A stretch of 64,000 bases of DNA from an uncultured Acidobacteriota bacterium (GCA_963750915.1 CAVVSF010000008.1:517947-581946), one strand, 5' to 3'; counted from the first letter of the stretch, positions 35,263 to 45,797 are shown. Made by a program: numbers and translations. The notes: generated by a model not told the origin, from the letters alone.

Positions 35263-36117
35263 TCAGCGGGCGCGACGCTTTTGTCCCGCGACGGCCCGGG
35301 CCGGTTTCTCCATCTCGACCTTGACCGACTTCTTCTTGCCGGCGCTGACGCGATCGAGGCTCTGGCGGAGGGCGTCCATCAGGTTGACGACCTTCGGCGG
35401 CGCCTCTTCCGTGGTCGCCACCACTTCCTCACCCGCCACCTTCGCGTCGATGATGCGCTGCAGTTCTTCCTGGTAGCGGTCGCTGTATTCGGTGAGATCG
35501 AGATGGCCCTCGAAGTTGCCGATGACCTGCTTGGCCAGCTTGATCTCGTCCGGCTTGACCTTCGACGGTACCGTATCGAGCTCCTCGATCTGATCCATGC
35601 CGCGCACTTCCTTGGCGTGCCGCATCGTGTACATCACGAGGCCGCGCTCGCGCGCCAGCACCGCCACCAGGTACTCGCGGCCGGAGATCGCGAGCTTGCC
35701 GATCCCGGCCTTTCCCTTCATGCCTTCGCGCATGACCGCGAACGCGTCCTGCGCCATCCCGCCGTCCGGCGCGAGGTAGTACGGACGCTCGACGTAGATC
35801 GGATCGATCGCGGACGCATCGGTGAACTGCACCAGGTCGATGACGCGGGTCGACTCGGGCTTCACCTTCGCGATGTCGTCCTCGGTCATCACGACGTACC
35901 GCCCCTTCTCGAACTCGTAGCCCTTGGCGAGCTCGGAGTGCGCCACTTCGCGCTCGCACTTCGGGCACCAGCGCTTCTGCTGGATGCGCGTCTGACACTC
36001 GGCGTGCAACTGGTTGAAGCTGATCGTCGCGGCCGAATCGGTCGCCGGAAACACCCGCACCGGGATGTTGACCAGGCTGATCTTCAGAAACCCTTTCCAC
36101 GTCGGACGAGCCGCCAT
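35263..36117 (-). CDS. ku: Non-homologous end-joining protein Ku
   Basis: ATG at 36117 gives MAARPTWKGFLKISLVNIPVRVFPATDSAATISFNQLH... plus YYLAPDGG and a Lys/Arg-rich C-terminal tail. The longer track ORF N-terminus (to 36330) is not Ku-like. Confidence 0.95.
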   Translation of the reverse strand: MAARPTWKGFLKISLVNIPVRVFPATDSAATISFNQLHAECQTRIQQKRWCPKCEREVAHSELAKGYEFEKGRYVVMTEDDIAKVKPESTRVIDLVQFTDASAIDPIYVERPYYLAPDGGMAQDAFAVMREGMKGKAGIGKLAISGREYLVAVLARERGLVMYTMRHAKEVRGMDQIEELDTVPSKVKPDEIKLAKQVIGNFEGHLDLTEYSDRYQEELQRIIDAKVAGEEVVATTEEAPPKVVNLMDALRQSLDRVSAGKKKSVKVEMEKPARAVAGQKRRAR

Positions 36118-36412
36118 CGTCGTGCTCCTGTTGCTTGAAAAGTCCGGTCTCGACCGGAAACCGCGACGCCTGGGGACCAGACGTCCTCTGATTATCGGTC
36201 TTTCGAACGCCAATCGTACGGCGTGCACGGAACTGCACCACGGCCGGATCCAGGGGTTACCCGCGCCCGGCCGTCCCGCCCGTGGTGCGTCCAAAAATAC
36301 GAGAACAGGCCTGTTTTGGCTTGTGACCAAGCCTCGCCGCCGGCTCGACTGGTTTCGAAAGAGTGTTGATTAATGGCGGGACTTGGTTGAAGATGTTGGG
36401 CAGTCGGTTACA

Positions 36413-36494
36413 GAGTATTCGGAGATTGGCCGGATTCGGGGATCAGGGCATCCTCCTCCCGCTCTGACCCGAGTCTTCCGGTCTCCGAATACTC
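36413..36494 (+). promoter_or_regulatory. 82-nt imperfect hairpin / 13-bp perfect inverted repeat in the ku-ligD divergent intergenic region
   Basis: GAGTATTCGGAGA (36413-36425) pairs with TCTCCGAATACTC (36482-36494). Inner partial pairing CCGGATTCGGG / CCCGAGTCTTCCGG. Ends 56 nt before the ligD ATG at 36550. Confidence 0.5.
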
Positions 36495-36549
36495 GGTAAT
36501 CGGCCCCAGTCCCTTGATTTGGCGCGAGCAGCCCGGCGGCGCGCGGCCG

Positions 36550-38613
36550 ATGCTGGCCACCCTCGCGGTTCCCCCCCTTTCCGGCACCTCTCTCGTCTTC
36601 GAGCCCAAGTACGACGGCATTCGCGCCATCGCGGAGGTATCGCCGCGGCGCGGCGCCACATCAGCGCGGCTGTGGTCGCGGCTCGGCAATGAAAAGACGA
36701 CGCAGTTTCCATCGATCGCGACGGCGCTTGTCGAGCTCGCCGCTGCCGCCGGACGGCCGCTCGTCCTCGACGGTGAGATCGTCGCGCTCGACGCCGATGG
36801 CCGTCCGCTCGGCTTCCAGCGGCTGCAGGGCCGCATTCACGTCCTCGACGGCAAGGACGTCGAACGCATCGATCGCCAGCAGCCCGTCGCCTACATCGTG
36901 TTCGACATCCTCCGCGATGGCGACGACGACGTCCGCGGGCTGCCGCTGAGCGAGCGGCGGCGTCGTCTCGAGCGCCTGTTCGCGGTGCCGCACGCCGATC
37001 GCCTGCAGCTCAGCGAACAGGCAGTCGGCGACGGCCATGCGCTGCACGATCGCGCCAAGGCCGAAGGCTTGGAAGGACTGATCGTCAAGGAAGCGCGATC
37101 GCCCTATCAGTCCGGGCGCCGCAGCCCGACCTGGCGCAAGCTCAAGCTGCATCAACAGCAGGAGTTCGTCGTCGGCGGCTGGACCGAGCCGCGTCAGACT
37201 CGCCAGCACTTCGGCGCCCTGCTGCTCGGCGTCTACGACGACGATGGCACGCTGACGTACGTCGGCCACACCGGGACCGGGTTCGATCAGCGGGAGCTGG
37301 AACGGGTCTCGCGCCTGCTCGAGGCGAGGGAGACGCGCACCTCGCCTTTCTCGGAGAAGATCAAGACCAACGAACCGGCACACTGGGCGCGGCCCGAACT
37401 GGTGGCCCAGGTCCGGTTCACCGAATGGACCGACGACCGCAAGCTGCGGCATCCCGTCTACCTCGGGCTGCGCGACGACAAACGGCCGGAATCAGTGGTG
37501 AGAGAAGTGCCCAAGCCTGCAGCTGCGAAGCCATCGGCACGCGCCGCCCGTTCATCGTCGAAAGCCGCGAGCGCCTCCCTGCGCAAGCGCGCCGCGGTCA
37601 AGGCGCCGCGCGGCGGCGTGACGGCGGCGCAGGTCGAGCTCGTCGTCGACGAGCTGCAGGCGCTCGAGCATGCGCGCAAGGACGGCGCCGTGCAGCTGCC
37701 GGACGGGTCGCGCGTCGGCGTCACCAACCTGTGGAAACCGTTCTGGCCCAAGCTGAAGCTGACGAAAGGCGACCTGCTCCGCTACTACGCGACGGTGGCG
37801 CCCTACATCCTGCCGGTCGTCGAAGACCGGCCGCTGGTCATGAAACGATTTCCGAACGGGATCGACGGCATTGCCTTCTACCAGCAGCGCAAGGTCAAGG
37901 AGCAGCCGCCTGCCGGCGTCCGCATCGAGACGCTGCCGGACGACCTCGACCCGATCGACGAGCGCGGCGCCGAACGCTTCATCGGCGGATCGCTGACGAC
38001 GCTGCTCTACATGACGCAGCTGGCGGCGATCTCGCAGGATCCGTGGTTTTCACGCGTGCAGTCGCCGCTCGAGGCCGACTACACCGCGATCGATCTCGAT
38101 CCGGGCGACGGGGCGACGTTCGCGCACGTCCTCGACGTCGCGCGCTGGGTGCGGGACGAGCTCGAGAAGCTCGGGGTCGCGGCGGTGCCGAAGACATCGG
38201 GCTCCCGCGGCCTGCACATCTACATCCCGCTCCAGCCCGGCATGTCGTACGAAGCCGGGCAGCTCTTCTGCCAGATCGTCGCGACGGTCGTCGCCTCGGC
38301 GCACCCGAAGGTCGCGACCGTCGAGCGCACCGTGAAGAAGCGGCCGCGCGGGACGGTCTACGTCGACTACCTCCAGAACATCCTCGGCAAGACGCTCGCA
38401 ACCGCGTACAGCGCCCGCGCCAGCGACTACGCCGGCGTCTCGACGCCGCTGACCTGGAAGGAGATCGCCGACGATCGCCTCGATCCGCGCGACTTCACGA
38501 TCCGCACCGCGCCCGCCCGCTTCCGCGAGGTCGGCGATCTGTGGGCGCGGCTCCGGACCGCCAAGCCGGCGAACCTCGAGGCCGTCTTTCACAAGTACGC
38601 CCCCGATCGCTGA
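36550..38613 (+). CDS. ligD: ATP-dependent DNA ligase LigD, two-domain form (N-terminal ligase + OB, C-terminal polymerase/primase; no phosphoesterase domain seen)
   Basis: Ligase motif I is FEPKYDGIRA. The C-terminal half carries LigD-Pol motifs (VTNLWKPFWP..., FPNGIDGIAFYQQ, SGSRGLHIYIPL, VYVDYLQN). ATG at 36550; the track ORF begins at a TTG at 36514. Confidence 0.9.
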   Translation: MLATLAVPPLSGTSLVFEPKYDGIRAIAEVSPRRGATSARLWSRLGNEKTTQFPSIATALVELAAAAGRPLVLDGEIVALDADGRPLGFQRLQGRIHVLDGKDVERIDRQQPVAYIVFDILRDGDDDVRGLPLSERRRRLERLFAVPHADRLQLSEQAVGDGHALHDRAKAEGLEGLIVKEARSPYQSGRRSPTWRKLKLHQQQEFVVGGWTEPRQTRQHFGALLLGVYDDDGTLTYVGHTGTGFDQRELERVSRLLEARETRTSPFSEKIKTNEPAHWARPELVAQVRFTEWTDDRKLRHPVYLGLRDDKRPESVVREVPKPAAAKPSARAARSSSKAASASLRKRAAVKAPRGGVTAAQVELVVDELQALEHARKDGAVQLPDGSRVGVTNLWKPFWPKLKLTKGDLLRYYATVAPYILPVVEDRPLVMKRFPNGIDGIAFYQQRKVKEQPPAGVRIETLPDDLDPIDERGAERFIGGSLTTLLYMTQLAAISQDPWFSRVQSPLEADYTAIDLDPGDGATFAHVLDVARWVRDELEKLGVAAVPKTSGSRGLHIYIPLQPGMSYEAGQLFCQIVATVVASAHPKVATVERTVKKRPRGTVYVDYLQNILGKTLATAYSARASDYAGVSTPLTWKEIADDRLDPRDFTIRTAPARFREVGDLWARLRTAKPANLEAVFHKYAPDR

Positions 38614-38630
38614 AGTAAGATCGACTGGTT

Positions 38631-38996
38631 ATGGGGAAGAAGAACAAGCCGCCTGAGAAGATGGCCGAATCGTTCGGCGTCGGCCGTCTCGACCGGCACC
38701 TCTTCATCTGCCTCGGCCCCGACTGCTGCGATCGAGACGACGGCGACAAGACGTGGGACTACCTGAAGAAGCGGATGAAGGAGTTGAACATTGCCGGGGA
38801 GGATGGCCCCTGCTACCGCACCAAGTGCGGCTGTCTCCGCATCTGCACCGACGGACCGATCTGCGTCGTCTATCCCGAGGGCGCGTGGTACCGCGACGTC
38901 ACGCCTGACAACGCCGAGCGCATCATCCAGGAACATCTCATCGGCGGCCGCATCGTCGAAGACCTCTGCTTCGCGAAGAACCCGCTGAAGCCGTAA
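38631..38996 (+). CDS. Thioredoxin-like [2Fe-2S] ferredoxin-domain protein
   Basis: 121 aa. [11 protein letters not shown]...[27 protein letters not shown] shows the Cys pattern and fold signature of (2Fe-2S) ferredoxin-domain proteins. Confidence 0.75.
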   Translation: MGKKNKPPEKMAESFGVGRLDRHLFICLGPDCCDRDDGDKTWDYLKKRMKELNIAGEDGPCYRTKCGCLRICTDGPICVVYPEGAWYRDVTPDNAERIIQEHLIGGRIVEDLCFAKNPLKP

Positions 38997-39064
38997 GAGT
39001 CAGCAAGCGCCTACTTCCGAATCGAGCCATTGGCTCCGCCTTACATCCTAAAGGCTGCCCCCAG

Positions 39065-39228
39065 GCGAACGAGCGCAGCGAGTGAGCCCACGCGAACGGA
39101 GCGAGCGTGGCGAAGCAGCGAGCGAGAGCCCGCCTTCGCTCTTCGAGCTGCGGCGAGGTCTCGCCGTAGCGCTTTGCGCGGAGGCGGAAGCGTGTCGGGG
39201 AGTTCGAGGGGCGAAGCCCCTCGATAAA
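39065..39228 (+). repeat. Dispersed repeat family R1, full-length copy B, abutting the 3' end of tRNA-Arg(CCG)
   Basis: GCGAACGAGCGCAGCGAGTGAGCCCACGCGAACGGAGCGAGC...GCCCGCCTTCGC...GGCGAGGTCTCGCCGTAGC...GCGGAGGCGGAAGCGTGTCGGGGAGTTCGAGGGGCGAAGCCCCTCGAT. Ends 3 nt before the tRNA. Confidence 0.85.
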
Positions 39229-39231
39229 AAG

Positions 39232-39308
39232 TGGTGCACCCGGCAGGGCTCGAACCTGCAACCTTCGGCTCCGGAGGCCGACGCTCTATCCAATTGAGCT
39301 ACGGGTGC
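39232..39308 (-). tRNA. tRNA-Arg (anticodon CCG)
   Basis: The reverse complement reads GCACCCGTAGCTCAATTGGATAGAGCGTCGGCCTCCGGAGCCGAAGGTTGCAGGTTCGAGCCCTGCCGGGTGCACCA. Acceptor GCACCCG/CGGGTGC, anticodon loop CTCCGGA, encoded CCA. Confidence 0.95.
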
Positions 39309-39540
39309 AATGCGGGAGGAGACTGGTTCGAGCGGGCCTTCCGGCCGGCTCGACCGTCTGCACAAACTCCAATCGTAGCACACGCGCCAGCCTCGCCTGG
39401 CGACCGATCACGAATGGCTCAAGGGCCAGTGAGGATCGTCCTGAGCCCTGCGCCCTCGCCATTGATACCCCCATCAGCCGTACTACTGCTGACGTGGCCG
39501 CAAGTCGGGATAGGCTGTGCCAGAGGAGAACCTCTCCAGT

Positions 39541-41722
39541 ATGAACGCGCTTCGCCGACTGCTGCCACCGGTGTCCCTGCTCGTTGTCTCGCTGGCCTTC
39601 AGCGCCGCGGCACAGGAGCAACCTGTCCCGACGGAGTTGACGCCGCTGCTCGCCGCGCCGGCGAGCGAGATGCGGATGGTGGTCCAGCGCTACACGCTCG
39701 ACCGCAATACGCTCTCCGGCAACTATGCCAACGGCTCGATGGGACGCGGCGGCGGCCGCGGACGCGGCGCCGCAGCGGCGACGGCAGCGCCACCGCCGCC
39801 GCTCGTGCCGCTGTCGCCCGGGCGGCTGGCGCGCCTCAAGCGCTTCGACGTGAACTGGCAGGCGGCGCTCGACCGCCTTCCCGCGGCGAAACTGACGACA
39901 GCGGCGCAGGCGGAGCTCGCCACACTGAAGGAGACCGTCAAGGCGAATCAACAGCGGCTGGACGAAGACGCGCGGACGCGCGCCCAGGCGCTGCTGAGCG
40001 TGCCGTTCGCGCCGAAGCTGGTGCAGCTCGTCGAGGCTCGCATCCGCGTCCAGGACGTCAACTCGCAGCAGGCCGCGGGCGTCCTCACCGACATCACGAA
40101 GGAGCTGCAGCAGCTGACGACGGCCCCGCCGCGCGTGAGCAAGGAGCAGGCGCAGCTCGGCGCGACGGCCGTCGACCAGCTGCGCACCATCACTCGCGAG
40201 TGGTTCACGTTCTACAACGGCTACGACCCGCTCTTCACGTGGTGGATGGAGCATGCCCTACCGGAAGCTCGACGAATCGCTCACGGCCTATGCCACGCTG
40301 CTGCGTGACAAGGTCGCGGCCGAGAGCCTGCCGGCGGCAACCGTCGCGGCGGTGGCGCCGGTCGAAGCCGGCGACGCAGTTGAAGTACGCCGACGTCCCC
40401 GATCTCGCCGCGATCATCGCCCTGCCCCAGGACGAAATGCGCGACATCGTCGTGCGCTTCACCGGGAATCCCGGCGGCGGCCGCGGTGGCGGCGGCAGCA
40501 CGCCGCAGCGCGGCGAGGCCTACTACACGGCGTGGCTCGAGGCACTGAAAACCGTCGACTTCGACAAGCTGTCCCGCAACGCGAAGGTCGACTACCTGTT
40601 CATCCGCCGGACCGCGGAGACGCAGATCGCGCGGGCGCGGGCCAAGCTCGATCCCAACCCGCCGCGCAAGCCGGACTCGAGCGGCATTCCCGGCCCGGCG
40701 CGCGGCCGCGACGGGCCTGATCCAGGACCTGACGGAGGCGATGATTCCGTACACGCCCGAAGAGCTGATCGCGCTCGCCGAGAAGGAGTTCGAGTGGTGC
40801 GACCGCGAGATGCTGAAGGCGTCGCGCGACATGGGCTTCGGCAACGACTGGAAGAAGGCGATCGAGAAGACCAAGGACACGGCCGTGCCGCCGGGCGGCC
40901 AGCCGGCGATGATCCGCGATCTGCTCTACGAGGCGGTCGACTACCTGCGCGCCAACGACCTGATCACGGTGCCGCAGGTCGCCGCCGAGTCGCTCCACAT
41001 GATCATGATGACGCCCGAGCGTCAGCTGGTGAACCCGTTCTTCACCGGCGGCGGCCAGATCAGCGTCTCCTATCCGACCAACACCATGGAGTACGAGGCG
41101 CGGCTGCAGAGCATGCGCGGCAACAACCCCGGCTTCTCGCACGCGACGGCGCACCACGAGATGATCCCGGGCCACAACCTGGTCGGGTTCCTCGGCACCC
41201 GCTTCAACGACTACCGCGCCAACCTGCCGGGCGGCGGCGCGTTCTTCGGCGAGGGCTGGCCGCTCTACTGGGAGCTGACGCTCTGGGACATGGGCTTCAA
41301 CAAGACGCCCGAGCAGCGCGTCGGCGCGCTGTTCTGGCGCATGCACCGCTGCGCCCGCATCATCTTCTCGCTCAAGTTCCACATGGGCCAGTGGTCGCCG
41401 CAGGAAGCGATCGACTTCCTCGTCGACCGCGTCGGCCACGAGCGTGAGAACGCGATCGCGGAAGTGCGCCGCTCGTTCGATCCGGCGGCCGGCTACAACG
41501 CGCTCTACCAGGCGGCGTATCTCCTCGGCGGCCTGCAGCTGCGCGGGCTGCGGCGCGAAGCTGGTCGACTCGAAGATCATGACCAACGCCCAGTTCCACG
41601 ACGAAATCATGCGCCAGGGCAGCATGCCGATCTCGCTGCTGCGCCTCGCCGTGCATCCGAAGCTGCCGCTGACGCGGGAGATGGCGGTGGACTGGAAGTT
41701 CTACGGGGAGTTGAAGCCTTAG
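39541..41722 (+). pseudogene. DUF885-family (metallopeptidase-like) exported protein, interrupted by four +1 frame changes
   Basis: Protein-like sequence has to be followed through frames 1->2->3->1->2. The shifts lie at ~40252 (WWME|MPYRKLDESL), ~40378 (VEAGDA|LKYADVPDLAAIIALPQDEM), ~40714 (ARGRD|GLIQDLTEAMIPYTPEELIAL) and ~41558 (LQLRGLRRE|LVDSKIMTNAQFHDEIM). Signal peptide MNALRRLLPPVSLLVVSLAFSAAAQ, an HHEMIPGH motif, and a stop at 41720-41722. Confidence 0.8.
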
Positions 41723-41725
41723 GAG

Positions 41726-41778
41726 CCGGGGTTCGGGGTTCGGGGCTCGGGGCTCGGGCTCGGGGCTCGGGCTCAGGA
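41726..41778. repeat. (GGGGYTC)n hepta/hexamer array
   Basis: CCGGGGTTCGGGGTTCGGGGCTCGGGGCTCGGGCTCGGGGCTCGGGCTCAGG lies directly after the DUF885 stop. Confidence 0.8.
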
Positions 41779-41843
41779 TCTCTTCACGGTTTCTCAGCGA
41801 CGGGTCACGACACGCCACGCCTTTCTCTCTATCGTGGTCGTCC

Positions 41844-42463
41844 ATGAGAGCGGCGTGCGTTGTGTTCGCGATCGCGTCGGTGATCCCATCGGCCGCGCTG
41901 GCGCAGGCCCGCGGTGCGTGCGAGCAGCGGCCGGCAATCGGCGCCGCGGCCGCGCTCTGGATGACCCGGGCCCAGGTCGATCCGACGCTCGCCAACGGCG
42001 GGACCAACGGGCTGGCCAAAACCGGTCGCCTGGGGCCGCAGTTCGCGGTGCACGCCTTCGTGCCGGTCAGCACACGCTGGAACGTCACGCCGGAGTTCAG
42101 CGCCGGCGGCAGCGAGGTGGCGGTGTATCGCGATGCCGCGGGTAACTACATCCCGGACATCCCGGCCGGGCGGCTCTCGACGCAGCGGCTGACCGTGGGA
42201 GTGATGCGGCGAGCACCCGCACACCGCACCGCCTGCCTCTACGCCGGCTTCCGGGTTGGGGTCTACCGGTTCAGCTACCAGGACGTCACCACAACCAGCC
42301 CCGGCCTTTCCCTCACCATCGGCGGCGACATCCCGATCGCGGCACGAATCGTGTTGTTCGTCGACGTCGACCTCGACATCGCGATCACGAAGACCGAGTC
42401 GCCGGCCATCGACGCGCCGTCGCCGGACCCCGGCCAATCGTCGGCCTGCGCTACCGGTTCTGA
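41844..42463 (+). pseudogene. Small outer-membrane beta-barrel-like protein, probable -1 frame change near 42430
   Basis: Signal peptide MRAACVVFAIASVIPSAALAQA, then alternating beta-strand patterns (LYAGFRVGVYRFSY, GLSLTIGGDIPIAARIVLFVDVDLDIAI). Frame 2 supplies a canonical barrel terminus ...RPIVGLRYRF* (stop at 42461-42463), whereas the starting frame runs on into Arg-rich noise. Confidence 0.5.
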
Positions 42464-42563
42464 CTGCCGGCGCGCGCCGCGTCTCGCCGCGGCACGGAAT
42501 GCGACAAGACCATCGGCAGCCCGCCGGCGTCAGAAAGGCACACACGCCACGTCTGGAGGAGTG

Positions 42564-42987
42564 ATGACCAGTGCCCTCGCCGCGATCGCGTCCCTGACCG
42601 TCGTCGCTGTCGTCTCGTCGCTCTCCCCTTCGGCGCCGGCGCAGCTGTCCGCCGAGGCAGCCATCACCAAGGCCGAAACGGTGTTCGACGAACCTGCAGG
42701 CCGGGAAGTCCGCCGACATCGTGAAGGAGCTCGACGCCAAGCTGACCGAGGCGCTGCCCGAGCAGAAGCTGCGCGGCGCGTGGACGGAGCTCACCAGCCA
42801 GTTCGGCGCGTTCAAGAGCATCAACGAGCGGCGTGAAGGACCGTTTCAGGGCCGCCAGGCCGTCGAGCTGATTCTCGCCTTCGAGAAGGAGACCATCGTC
42901 ATGCGGACGGTGTTCAACAGCGACGGCAAGATCGGCGGCCTCGCGTTTCGACCGCTCGCCAACGCGCAGCTGCCGCCGAAGAAGTGA
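42564..42987 (+). pseudogene. DUF3887-like exported protein, with a +1 frame change at ~42690-42693
   Basis: RBS GGAGG lies 4 nt before ATG 42564. MTSALAAIASLTVVAVVSSLSPSAPAQLSAEAAITKAETVFD then continues in frame 1 as LQAGKSADIVKELDAKLTEALPEQKLRGAWTELTSQFGAFKSINER...GKIGGLAFRP. The junction reads GAC GAA C CTG CAG. Confidence 0.55.
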
Positions 42988-43111
42988 GTCCACTGACGGC
43001 GGAACCCTCAATGAGAAGCGGGCGAGCGCAGCAAGCGAGCCGCCTTCGGTCGTGGATCACGAATGTATTGGGCGAAAGCGATTCGAGGATTCATGTTGAT
43101 GGTTCTCACCA

Positions 43112-45797
43112 TCATTTCGTCCACCCGATGCGGACGTGGATGACATCCGACTCCGGTTGTTCGACGGCTTGCGGAATAAAGAAGCGTGAGCCGTCGCGCG
43201 ACACGGCCAGGAAGTTCAGATCCCCGAACGTGGTCGCGGGAAGACGAGCGGGGAACAGCGGCATCGGTGTACCTGCCTGCAGCTTATTGCCTCGAGCAGC
43301 CAGGGGAACCGACCAGACATAGTTGCGACCCTGGTGCTCATCGAGGTACACGATTTCTTTTCCATCCTTGCGCCACACCGGATAATTCCCTCGGCTGGTC
43401 ACCTGCTGCGGTAATCCCGTTCCAGGGTACGGCTGCACGTAAGTGCCTCCGCCGGTGTAGATCCTCCGCGTTCACTCCCCGCTGCGGAGGCCGTGTACAC
43501 AATCCAGCGCCCATCTGGCGAAAAGCGGGCATGTGCAATCGTCTCGCCCGTCTGAAGCAGAGACTTCGGTTCCACCTGTACATCGTCGAGCGAAAGCGAG
43601 AACACCGTCGTATCCAATATCCCCCGATTGAGCAGCAGCGCCTTGCCGTCCGGAGAAATGTCTTGCAGAGACCACATTCCGGACGGTTTCGCCAACTCGC
43701 GAACTGGCCCTTGCCCGGCGACAGAGCGTTCCATCACGCGGCTATCGTTTCCGGGAGCCACGTTGATGAGCTTGGAACCATCCGGCGACCACTGCGTGCT
43801 CAGATCGCCCTGCTCCAACTGCTGCCGACCAGGTCGGCCGGGCTCCAGCAGCCACGCGGTCGCGTTGAATCCCACGAGCAGACGTGTCTCGTCGGGCGCA
43901 AGCCTGAGCGTCTGGACGACCGTAGGGGGACCAGCCGTGCCGATCTCCTTTCCCCCTCGATCGAAAATCGTCACCTGCGACAGACCTGCCGTGCCGGGAC
44001 GCCAAGCCACGACGCCCCCACGTGAAACGGAAAAGTGCGCGGCATAGAACGACGGCGACGACGCGACCCGTTGCTGGATTAACTCCGGTCCGCCCTCGAG
44101 TGTTCTGGTCGTGCGGTTTAACGTTTGCGCGTAGAGGTTGTCATTGCGAACAAACAGGATGCGTCCTCCACCCGCGGGCGTATACCGGACCGCGGTGGTG
44201 TTCTTCATCAGCAGAACAGGATCGGCCGCGCGGCCGTCGCGCAGCGTGGCGAGGTAGATTTCCGACTCCTCGGTTTGTGACGCAGCTGCCATGACCAGGA
44301 AATCCTCGCTCCCCGGCAGGAACTGCGGCCAATAAAGAAAGAACCCGCCCTTCGTCAGCGAGACTTCGACTCGTTTAGCGACTCCGCTACCCGCCGGGAC
44401 GACGTACAGACCCGGACCGCCCTCCACCGCTCCTGCAACGAGCAAGGTGCCGTTGTCGCTCCAACTTCCACCCACCATCGTGGTCACATTGTTTGCGACA
44501 ATTTCCGGCGCGCCGTCCGGCACACGCATCTTCTTCAGGTTGGTGCCGTCGCTGAACACGAACGTTCGCGAGTCCGGAGACCAGAATCCGGGGTTTCTGA
44601 AACCGCCTGTGCGCACGGGTTCCGGCGCGAGTGCGTTCAAGCGCCGTACCTGCATGCCCCCGCCACTGCCAGCCGATACGATATTTCTATAAAAGATCAC
44701 TGCAGAGCCGTCGGGCGAAATTTCGGGGGTTGCGTGCAGGTCGCCTACGGGCGCGATGCTTCCTGCCGTCGGCACGATCGTCAACGCCAAATCCGCGGCC
44801 GTTACGCCGGTAGCCGCCGGCCGCGGCCGCCACCACCCGACGACCGCGATCGTGGCAAGAACCGCCGCCGCGGCCTAAGCAACCGAGCGATAGACGGGCC
44901 TCGGCCGACGCGGAACTTCAGTTCCGCTCGCAGGGGCCGCGAGATACTGAGCAATCGCAACCCGCGCCTCGCCGATATCGCGCAGGCGTGTCTTTGCGTC
45001 GCGATCGAGGCATCGACGAAGCAGGGTCTTGATCGGCGCCGGCGCTCTCAACGAGTCGAAGTTGATCGAGCTGCGCAAGACGTCGGCGAGCGTGTGAACG
45101 ACCGTATCGCCGCCGAACAGCCGCCGCCCGCAGAGCATTTCCCACAGGACGACGCCGAACGCCCAAATGTCGGCGCGGCGATCGACCGGAGTCCCTGCGG
45201 CTTGCTCCGGACTCATGTACGCGGCAGTGCCCAGGATCATCCCGACCTGCGTCATCGCTGGCGACGTGATCGTCGGAGCCTGCGAGGTGTTCACAGCCGA
45301 CGATCCAGCGGGCTCCATGGCCTTCGCGAGCCCGAAGTCGAGCACCTTGACCGTGCCATCAGGTCGTACCTTGATGTTCGCCGGCTTCAGATCGCGGTGG
45401 ACGATGCCCTGCTCGTGGGCGGCTTCGAGCGCCTCCGCAATCTGCTTCGCGATCAGCAGTGACTCGTCGATTGGAATCGGGCCTCTTCGCGATTCGATCG
45501 GCGAGAGCGTCGGTCCCTCGACCAGCTCCATCACGAGCGCGGTCGTGCCCGCCGCTCTTTTCCAAGCCATAGATGGCCGCGATGTTCGGATGGTTCAGTG
45601 CTGCAAGAGTCTTCGCTTCACGGTCGAACCGGGCCAGGCGATCGGCGTCGGCAGCGAAACGCCGCGGGGAGCACCTTGATGGCTACCTGCCGCGCCAGGT
45701 TGGTGTCCGTTGCGCAATACACCTCGCCCATCCCGCCCACGCCTATATGGGCGGTGACTTGGTACGGTCCGAGGCGGGCGCCAAGGGCTAACGACAT
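43112..45797 (-). pseudogene. Ser/Thr kinase - TM - WD40/TolB-like beta-propeller protein, multiply disrupted
   Basis: ATG at 45797 gives [47 protein letters not shown]. There are frame changes at ~45655 and ~45547 and a possible compensating pair at 45481-45512. The kinase core ([20 protein letters not shown]) is intact. An in-frame TAG at 44875-44877 sits just before the TM segment AAAAVLATIAVVGWW. Propeller repeats (SPDGS..., FSPDGRWIVY) follow, then another frame change at ~43465 before ...YVQPYPGTGLPQQVTSRGNYPVWRKDGKEIVYL...HVRIGWTK*. Confidence 0.8.

Noticed and set aside
39231-41447. 738-aa plus-strand ORF starting inside the tRNA-Arg(CCG) gene
   Set aside because: It is a composite. 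Only its middle segment (about 40380-40715) is the true DUF885 frame. The rest is out-of-frame Arg/Pro-rich sequence, and its 5' end overlaps a tRNA and noncoding DNA.
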